Shown piece by piece: positions 40,105-49,859 of a stretch of DNA of 64,000 bases. Location of the stretch: positions 416,001 through 480,000 of the forward strand of contig OY759316.1 of assembly GCA_963662275.1 (NCBI GenBank), given 5' to 3'. The position numbers were made by a program, and so were the translations under genes. Position 1 is the first letter of the stretch. Every line of letters begins with the position of its first letter. Source of the stretch: Candidatus Cloacimonadales bacterium. GTDB lineage: Bacteria > Cloacimonadota > Cloacimonadia > Cloacimonadales > DAONDQ01. The notes below the pieces were generated by a model. It was given only the letters and a program-made list of their open reading frames with translations. It did no database searches and was not told the DNA's origin.

Positions 40105-41334
40105 CTAATTCTTATGAGATATCATCTCGCCCTTAATCAAGTCTGCAAGCCGTTTTATACCTTCTTTTATCTGTTCCAGGCTTGAGTATGAGAAATTCAA
40201 ACGAAGAGTATTATATTTTTCATGACCTTCTGCATAGAATTTGCTGCCTGGAATGAAGGAAACTTTCTCGGTGGCTGCTTTATGAAACAACAAATCAGCA
40301 TTAATATAACCTGGCAGAGTAACCCAGATAAAAATACCACCGACCGGTTTCGTCCACTTCACTTCAGTAGGCATGTTTTGTGTTAGAGCATCTAGCATTG
40401 TCTGCAAATAGGGACGATAATAATCAGTGATCATTTTCAAATGAGGCTTCAATTTACCGGAAAGAAGGTAATGGGCGATTACTCGAGAAGTGACTCCATC
40501 AGGACTAACCGTTACTTTCTGTTGCCAACTGCACATTTTGGAAATCAATTCTTCCTGTCCTAAAACATAAGCACATCGAAGACCGGGACCCAGTATCTTT
40601 GAAAAAGACTTAACGTGTGTCACGAGAGATTTCTGTGTCTCTTTGTCCTGTGCCAGTTCATAGATTGTAGGAATTCGTTCATTTTGGTATCTTAACTCGT
40701 TATAGGGATTATCTTCCAAGATAGGAACCTGGTATTTTTCTGCAATTTCAAGCAATTGCTTTCGTTTAATGAGACTCATAGAGATACCTGATGGATTCTG
40801 GAAATCAGGGATCGTATACAGGAATTTGATTTTCTTTCCGGCAGTGTGCAATTGCATGATCTCTGCTTCCAATTCTTCCATGATAATTCCATCATCATTA
40901 ATTTCAATACCAACAAGTTCAGCACCGAATGCATCAAATGCAACTAGAGAACCAAGGAAGCTTGGAGCTTCATAAAGAATGACATCCCCATCTTCAACCA
41001 GGGAGCGAGTATAATAATATATGGCATTCGTTGAACCGACCGTGATCAGAATCTCATCATCTGTCAGCCCATGATATCCTTCTGTTTCACGGATTGCCTG
41101 TTTCAGGAGTTTATCTCCTTCACTAGCTCCATATTGAAGGACATCGTTGCCTTCTTCAAGAACGACGTTTCGATATAACTCCGCTAAGTCTGCCTTGGGG
41201 AAAGTGTTTGGTGAAGGAAATCCACCGGCAAATGAAATCAAACCCGGAATACCTTTTGTGGATGCCACCAATTCACGGATTAAAGATGTCTTCATAGTTT
41301 TCGTATGTTGTGTAAATAGTTTGCTATAATCCAT
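40105..41334 (-). CDS. PLP-dependent aminotransferase, class I (2-aminoadipate transaminase-like)
   Basis: ISFAGGFP, YTIPDFQNPSG, EDNPY, SFSKILGPGLR, LRLNFS. Confidence 0.92.
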   Translation of the reverse strand: MDYSKLFTQHTKTMKTSLIRELVASTKGIPGLISFAGGFPSPNTFPKADLAELYRNVVLEEGNDVLQYGASEGDKLLKQAIRETEGYHGLTDDEILITVGSTNAIYYYTRSLVEDGDVILYEAPSFLGSLVAFDAFGAELVGIEINDDGIIMEELEAEIMQLHTAGKKIKFLYTIPDFQNPSGISMSLIKRKQLLEIAEKYQVPILEDNPYNELRYQNERIPTIYELAQDKETQKSLVTHVKSFSKILGPGLRCAYVLGQEELISKMCSWQQKVTVSPDGVTSRVIAHYLLSGKLKPHLKMITDYYRPYLQTMLDALTQNMPTEVKWTKPVGGIFIWVTLPGYINADLLFHKAATEKVSFIPGSKFYAEGHEKYNTLRLNFSYSSLEQIKEGIKRLADLIKGEMISHKN

Positions 41335-41639
41335 GCTAAATTCCTTTATCTTTTATTTTTTTCTGATGGCAGAATAAATGTAGATAAAAGTTAGTCAAAT
41401 GATTTGATAAATAGAGGACGCTTCCAATAGAAAGCACCATAAATCTCATTTAGACAAGATGTAGTTAAATATACGATACTATTTCTTATTTCAATTTTCA
41501 AGAGATAAATTCGCATGATTTGACGTAGGCTACTTATCAAATTTGTCAAAAAAATAAACTTGACTTGAAATTGAAACAATCTTATAAACTGCTATTGTTA
41601 TTGTTTATAATAATGACTGCAATTATTGAAGGAGGAACT

Positions 41640-42524
41640 ATGAAATTCATCTTTCTAATTTGGCTAGTACTATTGACATCTTTTCTATGTGCACAAGCTC
41701 AAATGAATGTGCATACTACAACAGGCACTACTACGATTAATCTTAATGAAATTACAGATATCACTTTCAGCCAGGGGACAATAATGGAGGATATGATATT
41801 CGTTCAAGGTGGAACGTTTAACAATGGAACTTCGAATGTTACAGTATCTTCTTTTTACCTGGATAAGTATGAAGTGAAACAAAGCGAATATCAATTAGTA
41901 ATGGGTAATAATCCTTCGCAATTCTCAAACGTAACGAATGGACCTGTGGAGCAAGTTAACTGGTACAGTATCATCGAGTATTGCAACAAACGGAGTATGA
42001 ATGAGGGATTGACTCCTTGTTATAGCTACAGTACCTATGGGACAGATCCAATGAACTGGCCTACTTATTGGAATTCAGCGAATGAGAATCATATCAGTAT
42101 ATCCTGTAACTGGGGAGCCAATGGTTATCGACTTCCTTCTGAAGCAGAATGGGAATTTGCAGCTCATGGCGGAACTCAGACTCACAATTATACGTACAGT
42201 GGCAGCAATACGCTTGGAGATGTAGCCTGGTATTTTTTAAACTCGGGAATGGTTACCCATCCCGTGGGAATAAAAGCCGCTAATGAACTTGGTTTATTTG
42301 ATATGAACGGTAATGTTTGGGAATTTGTATGGGATATCTACGAAGATTATTCAAATGAACCCCAAAATAATCCACACGGTCCTGTAACAGGAGATTACCG
42401 TGTTGTCCGTGGGGGAGGTTGGGATGATATTGCAACCAATTGTCTGTTAACACTCAGGGCAACTAGTGAACCTACGATGTATGGGCACAATGTCGGTTTC
42501 AGAGTATGCAGGACGACTCCTTGA
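41640..42524 (+). CDS. Secreted FGE-sulfatase (SUMF1/C-type lectin fold) domain protein
   Basis: GGAGG RBS, signal peptide; GYRLPSEAEWEFAA, NELGLFDMNGNVWE, RGGGW, GFRV. Confidence 0.9.
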   Translation: MKFIFLIWLVLLTSFLCAQAQMNVHTTTGTTTINLNEITDITFSQGTIMEDMIFVQGGTFNNGTSNVTVSSFYLDKYEVKQSEYQLVMGNNPSQFSNVTNGPVEQVNWYSIIEYCNKRSMNEGLTPCYSYSTYGTDPMNWPTYWNSANENHISISCNWGANGYRLPSEAEWEFAAHGGTQTHNYTYSGSNTLGDVAWYFLNSGMVTHPVGIKAANELGLFDMNGNVWEFVWDIYEDYSNEPQNNPHGPVTGDYRVVRGGGWDDIATNCLLTLRATSEPTMYGHNVGFRVCRTTP

Positions 42525-42719
42525 TTGTTCCTAAGGATTGCCAAATTCCAATTTGGCAATCATAGATTTACAAAGAATCTTGTCCCCCTTGTGAAGAGAT
42601 TAGGGAAGGGATTTTTCATTGTTCAATAAGAGTAGCTTCCAATTCCTTCTTTTCAGCACAAGAGAACAACTGGAAAACGACAGTTAATAAACACTCAAAC
42701 GATGCCTATAATTCTCTCA

Positions 42720-42774
42720 AATCCTAAGAGAATCCTACGTGAATCCTTAGGGAATCCTGAGGGAGTCCTGAGGG
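42720..42774. repeat. Imperfect 11-bp tandem repeat (x5)
   Basis: aatcctaagag aatcctacgtg aatccttaggg aatcctgaggg agtcctgaggg. Confidence 0.7.
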
Positions 42775-42916
42775 TAGTGTCTTTGCAGTATTTCTTTAGG
42801 AATTTAGAAGTTGACATCAAATTGATATTGATCTGAAATAATAAAGAAAATAAAGTATTCTTGTTAGAAATATGATTGATGGATGATATCCAAGACTATC
42901 CAATAGGGAGGTTTCT

Positions 42917-44389
42917 GTGCGTAAAAGTATTCTATTTATCATCTTGGTCTTTCTCGCATTTGTTTTGGTCAGTTGTGATAAGAAAACGACTGAACCAAAC
43001 ACAACCCCGGATTTCGAACTGAATGGAACCTGGACTGGAATAGATCCTACAGGTGGTAAAGAACCTGTTGAATTTCTTCTGAATTTAACAAATACGACGA
43101 GTGAATGGGTATATCCAACTTTTACGGCAAATGCTGGTATTATTCAATACAATAATGATACAAATACTATGATATTACTTTGGACTAATCATCCTGCAGG
43201 TAATGAGATGGTAGGGAAATATATGAAAGTGATATGGAGTGATGCAAAATCGACTGTTGTCATTATCCAGCCATATACTCAACAAGCTACTCTTTCTGTT
43301 GCATCAAGTACAACAGATACTGGTAGTTACCCAGCAATTACGCTCACGAAAACTGCTACCAATACCTGTGCCACTCCCACTTTCAATCTTGCAGGCGGAA
43401 CTTATGCTTATGCTCAGAATGTCACGATATCTTGTGCCACGAGTGGAGCAGCCATCCGCTATACAACTAATGGCAGTGATCCAACAGTATCCTCCACATC
43501 ATATTCCAACCCAATAAATATCGCATCAACAACTACCTTAAAAGCAAAAGCCTTCAAATCAGGATGGACTGATAGCGCAATTGCTGCTGCCACTTACACC
43601 ATCGGGACAACCCAAGGGCAGATGGTATTCGTGCAGGGAGGGACGTTTACTATGGGTGATACTCATTGTGGCGAAGACTTAAATGAATTGCCTACCCACA
43701 GTGTGACAGTATCATCCTTCTACATGGATAAATATGAGCTGACACAGTCTGCCTACCAGGCTGTGATGGGCGTAAATCCATCTCATTTTACTGGTGTAAC
43801 AAATGGACCTGTTGAACAAGTCACCTGGTTCAATGCAGTAGAATACTGTAATAAACGTAGTAAGAATGAAGGTATCACACCCTGTTACAGTTATAGTACT
43901 TATGGCGCTAATCCTGCCACTTGGCCTGGGGGTTGGAATTCCGATTACAACAATCATATCAATTTATCCTGCAATTGGACGGCAAATGGCTATCGCCTAC
44001 CGACAGAAGCAGAATGGGAATTTGCCGCTCATGGCGGAAACCAATCTCACAATTATACCTATAGTGGCAGTAACACAAAAGGTGATGTGGCTTGGTATTG
44101 GGATAACTCAGGCAGTACGACTCACACCGTGGGTACCAAGACAGCCAATGAATTAGGCTTATATGACATGAGTGGCAACGTCTTTGAGTGGAATTGGGAC
44201 ATTTATGGCACGTATTCAAATGGTGCGCAGACTAACCCGCATGGTGCTGTGAGCGGGTCTGGTCGTGTGTTCCGATGCGGAAGCTGGGGACCCGATGCTG
44301 AGAGCTGCACTGTTTCCTCTCGGAACGCCAGCGTCGCCACTAACAGCGACTACAATATGGGCTTCCGCGTGTGTAGGAATTCCCCTTGA
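42917..44389 (+). CDS. Lipoprotein with Fn3-associated/chitobiase-like domain and C-terminal FGE-sulfatase domain (candidate DGR target)
   Basis: Lipobox LVSC; ATPTF..GGTY..IRYTTNGSDP..TLKAKAF; GYRLPTEAEWEFAA; DMSGNVFEW; GFRVCRNSP. Confidence 0.9.
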   Translation: MRKSILFIILVFLAFVLVSCDKKTTEPNTTPDFELNGTWTGIDPTGGKEPVEFLLNLTNTTSEWVYPTFTANAGIIQYNNDTNTMILLWTNHPAGNEMVGKYMKVIWSDAKSTVVIIQPYTQQATLSVASSTTDTGSYPAITLTKTATNTCATPTFNLAGGTYAYAQNVTISCATSGAAIRYTTNGSDPTVSSTSYSNPINIASTTTLKAKAFKSGWTDSAIAAATYTIGTTQGQMVFVQGGTFTMGDTHCGEDLNELPTHSVTVSSFYMDKYELTQSAYQAVMGVNPSHFTGVTNGPVEQVTWFNAVEYCNKRSKNEGITPCYSYSTYGANPATWPGGWNSDYNNHINLSCNWTANGYRLPTEAEWEFAAHGGNQSHNYTYSGSNTKGDVAWYWDNSGSTTHTVGTKTANELGLYDMSGNVFEWNWDIYGTYSNGAQTNPHGAVSGSGRVFRCGSWGPDAESCTVSSRNASVATNSDYNMGFRVCRNSP

Positions 44390-44408
44390 TTTTCCAGAAT
44401 GCTGGATC

Positions 44409-44729
44409 GTAACATAGTTTGGCAAACTGTTGTATTAGACAATGGTATTGTCGAATGCTGCTTCCATCGGGGATTACCAATCCCATTATACAACAGAGTA
44501 CCACTCTATGCAACAACGGTGGTGATTACTTTAGGAATCGTGGCAGTATCGTTTATGTTGCTTTCCTTTAGAGAAACAATACCTGAAGGAATTTCCACAC
44601 AGCTGAAGGAGTAGCCACCAATGGCAGTAACATACATTGGTAATGTGTTGTAACTGACAATGGTATTGTCGAATTGTGCTTCTATCGGGGATTACCAATC
44701 CCCTCATACAACAGAGTACCACTCTATGC
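44409..44729. repeat. Two ~103-bp direct repeats (218-bp period), each with four short hairpins
   Basis: 44409-44511 and 44627-44729; hairpins with GGY/ACC loops. Confidence 0.85.
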
Positions 44730-45072
44730 TACCCCCGAGGTTACAAACCATCGGGGGATAACATAATAAGCATTTCCCATCATAGGCATGATTGGATATG
44801 CTGTTGAACAAGCTCAAGTAGCAGGGTGATTTTGAATATGTATTTGGAAATTGCTTTTTGAAGATTTCTTGGGTTGAATTGGATTTTTACAATTTTAGCA
44901 GAGTCTTTTACCAATGGAAGAGATGATTTTCTTTTCAGAAGTTATCAAATCACTTTGAGATCAGACTTTTTGTGTATGGGCTGATATTGTTTTCAAGTAT
45001 TTTAGCAAATTGCCTGTAATATTTCGGTTGTTTCTATAATTTAGGCAAGACAATCCCGTCGGTAAAATTAAC

Positions 45073-46215
45073 TTACAGTTTACCGCCATCAAAGCAATTT
45101 GCCAAAAACAACAGCGACCAAGGCGGTGATCTTGGTTTTCCGGTAATTGAAGCATGCTGTGTCATCTTTGATTTGCAATTAGGGCAGAGGTCTTTTTCAA
45201 ATTTGGGAATTACAAAAGTTTTAGCTGTCTGATTCTTGTCATTAGAATCGGACTTTGCTGGGAAAAAGCTGTTGACCATCTCCCAGACAGATTTTGCCGC
45301 CGGACTGAGAAATCCGTAGTATCTGATTTTCTGAAATCCCTGCGGCAGAACATGCATCAGGAACTTATTGATAAACTCCACGGAGTCGACGCTTTTAAAG
45401 GCGAATTTAGCTGAACCTGCCGGCTTGTATTTAAAGGTTACCAGCCCGTCCTTTTCCCAAAGGATGCGATTGTTGGTGATGGCGGTCCGATACACATAAT
45501 TGGCCAAATAAGTCAGAGCCTCCCGACCTTTTCCGACGGGTCGGGAGTCTGTGACAAACTCTTTTTGCTGCCAGACTAGCGGGGATATCCGACCAAACAG
45601 ATGCTGATTTTCCAGTCGAAGCAAATCACGGAATTTTGCCCGGTAAATCACCGAAAGAGCTTTGACCGGAATCAGGAACTTATTGCCTGCTTTTTGCCAT
45701 TCCTTTCGTTCTTTATTCCAAGCTCCGCCGGGGACTATATAATGAATATGAGGATGATATTCAAGCTGCCTTGTCCAGGTATGAAGTACCCCGGTAAAGC
45801 CTGAAACGCCACCGGCATATTTGGGATCTGAAAGCAATGTCTTTAAGGCTTCAGATGATGCTTTGAACTGAAGATCATAAAGCAGTTTCTGATTTGACAG
45901 GCATGTTTTGTGCAGTTCCCGGGGTATGGTGAAAGTTACCATGAAGTACTTAACCGGCAGCAGTTTGGCAAGCTGCTTTTCCAGCCATTTCGCTGAATCA
46001 TTACGGCCACACTTCGGGCAGTGACGGTTTTTGCAGGAATGATAGGAATAATGCAGTTCCGCACATTCCTGGCATAAATAGACTTCTCCGCCCAGTTCAG
46101 GTGTCCGGCAAAGGAGAATATCTCTGATCGCTCTTAAATGGCTTTCCGGTGACTGGTTTCCATATTTTTCCAGATACTCGGACAGGTTGTTTTTGAGAAT
46201 CCTGCTAAAATCCAT
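45073..46215 (-). CDS. IS91 family transposase (zinc-binding + Y2)
   Basis: CRT..LGG, YHSCKNRHCPKC, TFTIP, LHTW..YHPHIH (HUH), YLANYVYR, HVLPQGFQKIRYYG. Confidence 0.93.
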   Translation of the reverse strand: MDFSRILKNNLSEYLEKYGNQSPESHLRAIRDILLCRTPELGGEVYLCQECAELHYSYHSCKNRHCPKCGRNDSAKWLEKQLAKLLPVKYFMVTFTIPRELHKTCLSNQKLLYDLQFKASSEALKTLLSDPKYAGGVSGFTGVLHTWTRQLEYHPHIHYIVPGGAWNKERKEWQKAGNKFLIPVKALSVIYRAKFRDLLRLENQHLFGRISPLVWQQKEFVTDSRPVGKGREALTYLANYVYRTAITNNRILWEKDGLVTFKYKPAGSAKFAFKSVDSVEFINKFLMHVLPQGFQKIRYYGFLSPAAKSVWEMVNSFFPAKSDSNDKNQTAKTFVIPKFEKDLCPNCKSKMTQHASITGKPRSPPWSLLFLANCFDGGKL

Positions 46216-47088
46216 TTACATCTTATTCATCAGTTCATTGATGATTTTACATGACTGCTCTCGGGAAACGTTAGTCAAATGCACGTATACCATGGTCGCT
46301 CTAAGACTTTCGTGCCCGAGCAAGTCTTTGATGATGATGATACTGACACCTGCTTCCAATAAATGTGTGGCATAAGAATGTCTGAGTGTATGACAGGTTA
46401 CATGCTTAGGGATGCGTGTCTCCTTTAAGGCTGACTTCAGAGCTGACCGAAGAGTTTGGACAGAAATCTGGTTCGAGGTTGTCATTCTGTTAATATCAGC
46501 CTGTCTGGTGCTTCTGCTCGGGAATAAAAGCTGTCTGTTCTGATGGGTTTTCCAATATTCCCGGAGTTCCTGATACAATTTTTCAGGCAGAGGTATTGAC
46601 CTGTCTTTGTTGCCTTTGGATTGCCTTACCGTGATGGTCATCAATTCCCGGTTGATATCGGCTATTTTAATCTTGACTGCTTCCGAAATCCTTAATCCGC
46701 ATTGATAGGTAAGAGTCAGTAAGAGTCGATAATCATAAGTATGAATGCGGGAGATAAGCATTCTAACTTCGTCTGTGGTCAGAATCACAGGAAGTTTGTG
46801 CTCAATCTTTGCCTTAAAAAAGGTAAAATCCTCTTGCCTGAAACCAACAACATGGATGAAAAAAAATCTGATGCCATAATAGGCTGATTTTAAACTCTGA
46901 GGACTATAATTCTTGACGTTATGCAGGTAGACAAAATATGTTCTTACCTGTTCAATAGATAGTGTGCCGGGGTCTTGACCATAATATGATGCTAAAGAAG
47001 TGACTTGTCTGATGTAATTGTATTTTGTCTCTCGGGACACGCCTCGAAGATCAAGGCACTCTAAAAAGCGAACTTCGTATGATTCCAT
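46216..47088 (-). CDS. Tyrosine recombinase/integrase (N-terminal SAM-like domain)
   Basis: GLRISE, KGNKDR, HTLRHSYATHLLE, LLGH..TMVY catalytic residues; abuts the transposase start. Confidence 0.93.
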   Translation of the reverse strand: MESYEVRFLECLDLRGVSRETKYNYIRQVTSLASYYGQDPGTLSIEQVRTYFVYLHNVKNYSPQSLKSAYYGIRFFFIHVVGFRQEDFTFFKAKIEHKLPVILTTDEVRMLISRIHTYDYRLLLTLTYQCGLRISEAVKIKIADINRELMTITVRQSKGNKDRSIPLPEKLYQELREYWKTHQNRQLLFPSRSTRQADINRMTTSNQISVQTLRSALKSALKETRIPKHVTCHTLRHSYATHLLEAGVSIIIIKDLLGHESLRATMVYVHLTNVSREQSCKIINELMNKM

Positions 47089-47234
47089 ACTTACCTCCAG
47101 TTAATTTTGGGGGTAAGTATGCTTTTAGTGAGGGTTCAGTATATCAATAGTTTAAATGCATGAAACACGAGTTTACTGCGAACGGTACTGCTGCTTGCAG
47201 CTTCGTTCAACAAGATACATTCTTATGATACAAC

Positions 47235-47747
47235 TTATGGCGTTGTGGTTGGTGGCGTGAAGATTCTCGTCAATGCTTCCGCATCCAGCATCATCAGACC
47301 GGAATATTCTGTACCCAGGTTTTTCAGTTTTACTCTCATTCGATCTGTATTCTGCTCTTCTTCCACTTGTTCATCCACATAAAACTGAAGCATGCTTTGA
47401 GTTGCAGTATCTTTTTCCTGGATGGCGAGTTCCATCAGGTCATTGATCGACTTTGTGATATACTGTTCGTGTTCATAAGCAAGTGTGAATATCTGGAGTG
47501 GTGATTCAAACTCGAATTGCGGTTTTGCCAGTGCTTTTAATTCTACTATACCGCTTCTGCTGAGCAGATAGTGAAAGAACTTCATGGAATGGAACTTCTC
47601 TTCCATTTGCTGGATATTCATCCAATGTGCGAAACCATCCAGGTTCTGTTCCGTGAACCAGGCTTCCATGGATAAATAGAGATATTCGGAGTAAGTCTCG
47701 CGATTGATCTGTTCATTGATGGCATCTTGAATTTTAGGTGAGATCAT
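47235..47747 (-). CDS. ftnA: Ferritin (non-heme)
   Basis: EQINRETYSEYLYLSM, EEKFH, EHEQYIT, EQVEEE. Confidence 0.92.
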   Translation of the reverse strand: MISPKIQDAINEQINRETYSEYLYLSMEAWFTEQNLDGFAHWMNIQQMEEKFHSMKFFHYLLSRSGIVELKALAKPQFEFESPLQIFTLAYEHEQYITKSINDLMELAIQEKDTATQSMLQFYVDEQVEEEQNTDRMRVKLKNLGTEYSGLMMLDAEALTRIFTPPTTTP

Positions 47748-48928
47748 AATTCCTCCTTTATTTGAAGTATGTTCTCTTGTACTTTGTTCGTAATTTCTTT
47801 TAGTGTTTCCTCGTTTGGAATGTACTTGATCTTGATTTGATCCATAAGTTTAAAACCACACTTTGTCAGGCTTTCCTGCACCATATCGACACTCTGTCCG
47901 CTCCAGCCATAAGACCCGAAAGCTAGTCCAATCCTTCCTTTCGGAGCCAATCCCACCATATAGGCTAGGAATCCGGCAACACTGGGAAGTATGGAACCGT
48001 TCAGAGTCGGACACCCGACACAGATGTATTTGGCAGTAAGCACTAACGTCATGATATCAGAAATGTGATTTTTCTGCAGGTTATACATGATGGGATGAAT
48101 ACCCAGGTTTTCAAAAGAATCCTGGATGGCATAGGCAATCTTGGTTGTGGAATGCCACATGGAATCATAGATAATCAAGGCTTGTGATTCACTGGCATCG
48201 TTTTTTGACCAGTGTTTGTATTGCTCCACTATTTCTGCTATATATGAGCGCCAGATCAGACCATGACTAGTGGCAATCATTTCTATATCCAATGTAGCTG
48301 CTGCTTCCAAGACTTTCTGGACTTGTTTGCCATAAGGCATCACAATATTAGCATAGTATTTTTTAGCTTCTTCCAACGCAATATTGAGGGGATATTCATC
48401 ATCGAAACGCTGGGAAGAAGCTATATGCTGACCAAAGGCATCATTAGAAAACAGGATTTTTTCCTCAGGGCAATAAGACAGCATATTATCAGGCCAATGC
48501 ACCATAGGGGCAAGCAGGAATTGAATTGTACGCTTACCTAAAGAGATTGTATCACCTGATTGAACGACATGGAAACTCCAATCCTTTTCATAATGCGCCT
48601 TGAGTCCTTTTTCTCCATTGGGTGAAGTAAAAACAGTTGCATTTGGACAATGCTCCATGATCATAGGTAAGGAACCGGAATGATCCATTTCCACATGATT
48701 TGAGATAACGTAATCGATTTTAGATGAGTCAATAATAGTGCTTAACCTTGCCAGCATTTCATCATAAAGATAACACTTTACAGTATCAATCAGGGTGATT
48801 TTCTCATCGATGATCAGATAAGCATTATAAGTGGAACCACGTTGGGTCACATAGCCGTGAAAGTCTCTTAAATCCCAGTCAATTCCACCAATCCAATAGA
48901 TTCCTTCTTTTAATTGTACAGGTTTCAT
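47744..48928 (-). CDS. fprA: FprA family flavodiiron protein
   Basis: GSTYNAYLI, HVEMDHSG, HWPD, FSNDAFGQH, flavodoxin domain AFGSYGWSG. Confidence 0.93.
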   Translation of the reverse strand: MKPVQLKEGIYWIGGIDWDLRDFHGYVTQRGSTYNAYLIIDEKITLIDTVKCYLYDEMLARLSTIIDSSKIDYVISNHVEMDHSGSLPMIMEHCPNATVFTSPNGEKGLKAHYEKDWSFHVVQSGDTISLGKRTIQFLLAPMVHWPDNMLSYCPEEKILFSNDAFGQHIASSQRFDDEYPLNIALEEAKKYYANIVMPYGKQVQKVLEAAATLDIEMIATSHGLIWRSYIAEIVEQYKHWSKNDASESQALIIYDSMWHSTTKIAYAIQDSFENLGIHPIMYNLQKNHISDIMTLVLTAKYICVGCPTLNGSILPSVAGFLAYMVGLAPKGRIGLAFGSYGWSGQSVDMVQESLTKCGFKLMDQIKIKYIPNEETLKEITNKVQENILQIKEEL

Positions 48929-49052
48929 ACTCTCTCCATTCATTTATTAATCTTCTATGTTGAGTAGGATTCCGATCCTACTGAATCTAATATATTTCGT
49001 TGTACCACCTACTTTAGGAGGTAATGATTCCACAGATAGTAAGAACGGCGTC

Positions 49053-49859
49053 TTACTTTACTTGGCAAATTGGACAATAATATGTGGAACGTCCAGCAAT
49101 TTTTAATTTTTCTAAGACATGATGTTCAGGGCATTCTTTCTTTTGATAGACACGTAGAAAATGTTGAAATTCACCTGACTTTTCATCTACTCTCCGAAAA
49201 TCTGAAATACTCGTACCATTCATATCAATGGCTTCCTGTAATACTTGCTTAGTTTCTGCAACGATATTATCAAACTGTTTGGAAGTCAATTCCCTACCTG
49301 AAGTCAATGGGTGAATTTTGCTCCTATACAGAATTTCACAGGCATAGATATTACCTAGTCCAGCAATAATATCCTGTTGCAGCATCAGGCTCTTTACAGG
49401 AGCTGACCTGCTTCCCCAATGCTCCTTCAAATATTTTGCAGTAAATAGATAGGAAAGAGGTTCAACTCCTAATTTCATGATATCCGGTATACTATCTTCT
49501 TTTCTAAATATTTGTATTTTACCGAATGTGCGGATGTCATCAAAAATTACTTTATTCCCACCTAAGAGATGGATTGAAGCACGTATATGAGTTCCTTCAA
49601 GACCGCAAATACCGTCGAATACCAGTTTCCCTGTCATCCGTAAATGAATCAATAACACAAATCCGCTTGCGGTATCAATTAATATGTACTTTCCTCTTCT
49701 ATAAATGTCAGTAATCTCACCGAGTACGGGAAGCTTTTCTATACCGGTATGATCGACAACAGTGCTGGGATAATGGGATTCTATTCTTTCAATTTTCCGA
49801 TGTAGGATGCAGTCCCTTAAACCGCGTACAACAGTTTCTACTTCAGGCAATTCAGGCAT
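49053..49859 (-). CDS. mutM: Formamidopyrimidine-DNA glycosylase
   Basis: MPELPEVET, RRGKY, HLRMTG, GLGNIYACE, C-terminal zinc finger. Confidence 0.95.
   Translation of the reverse strand: MPELPEVETVVRGLRDCILHRKIERIESHYPSTVVDHTGIEKLPVLGEITDIYRRGKYILIDTASGFVLLIHLRMTGKLVFDGICGLEGTHIRASIHLLGGNKVIFDDIRTFGKIQIFRKEDSIPDIMKLGVEPLSYLFTAKYLKEHWGSRSAPVKSLMLQQDIIAGLGNIYACEILYRSKIHPLTSGRELTSKQFDNIVAETKQVLQEAIDMNGTSISDFRRVDEKSGEFQHFLRVYQKKECPEHHVLEKLKIAGRSTYYCPICQVK

Larger units (their letters stand above)
44802..47212 (-). mobile_element. IS91-like element carrying a tyrosine recombinase and a Y2 HUH transposase
   Basis: Ends tgttgaac-aagct-caagtagcag (44802-44824) and reverse complement tgttgaacgaagctgcaagcagcag (47188-47212); visibly more GC-rich than its flanks. 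Confidence 0.75.

Noticed and set aside
42380..42524. DGR variable region in the first FGE gene
   Set aside because: Codons do not follow the NNC/NNT pattern and there is no marked GC shift.
44409..44800. DGR template region
   Set aside because: No similarity to the FGE 3' end and no AAC-rich tract; no RT in the window.
46216..47088. Integron integrase or prophage integrase
   Set aside because: No attC cassette array or phage genes; it is short (290 aa) and directly coupled to an IS91-type transposase.
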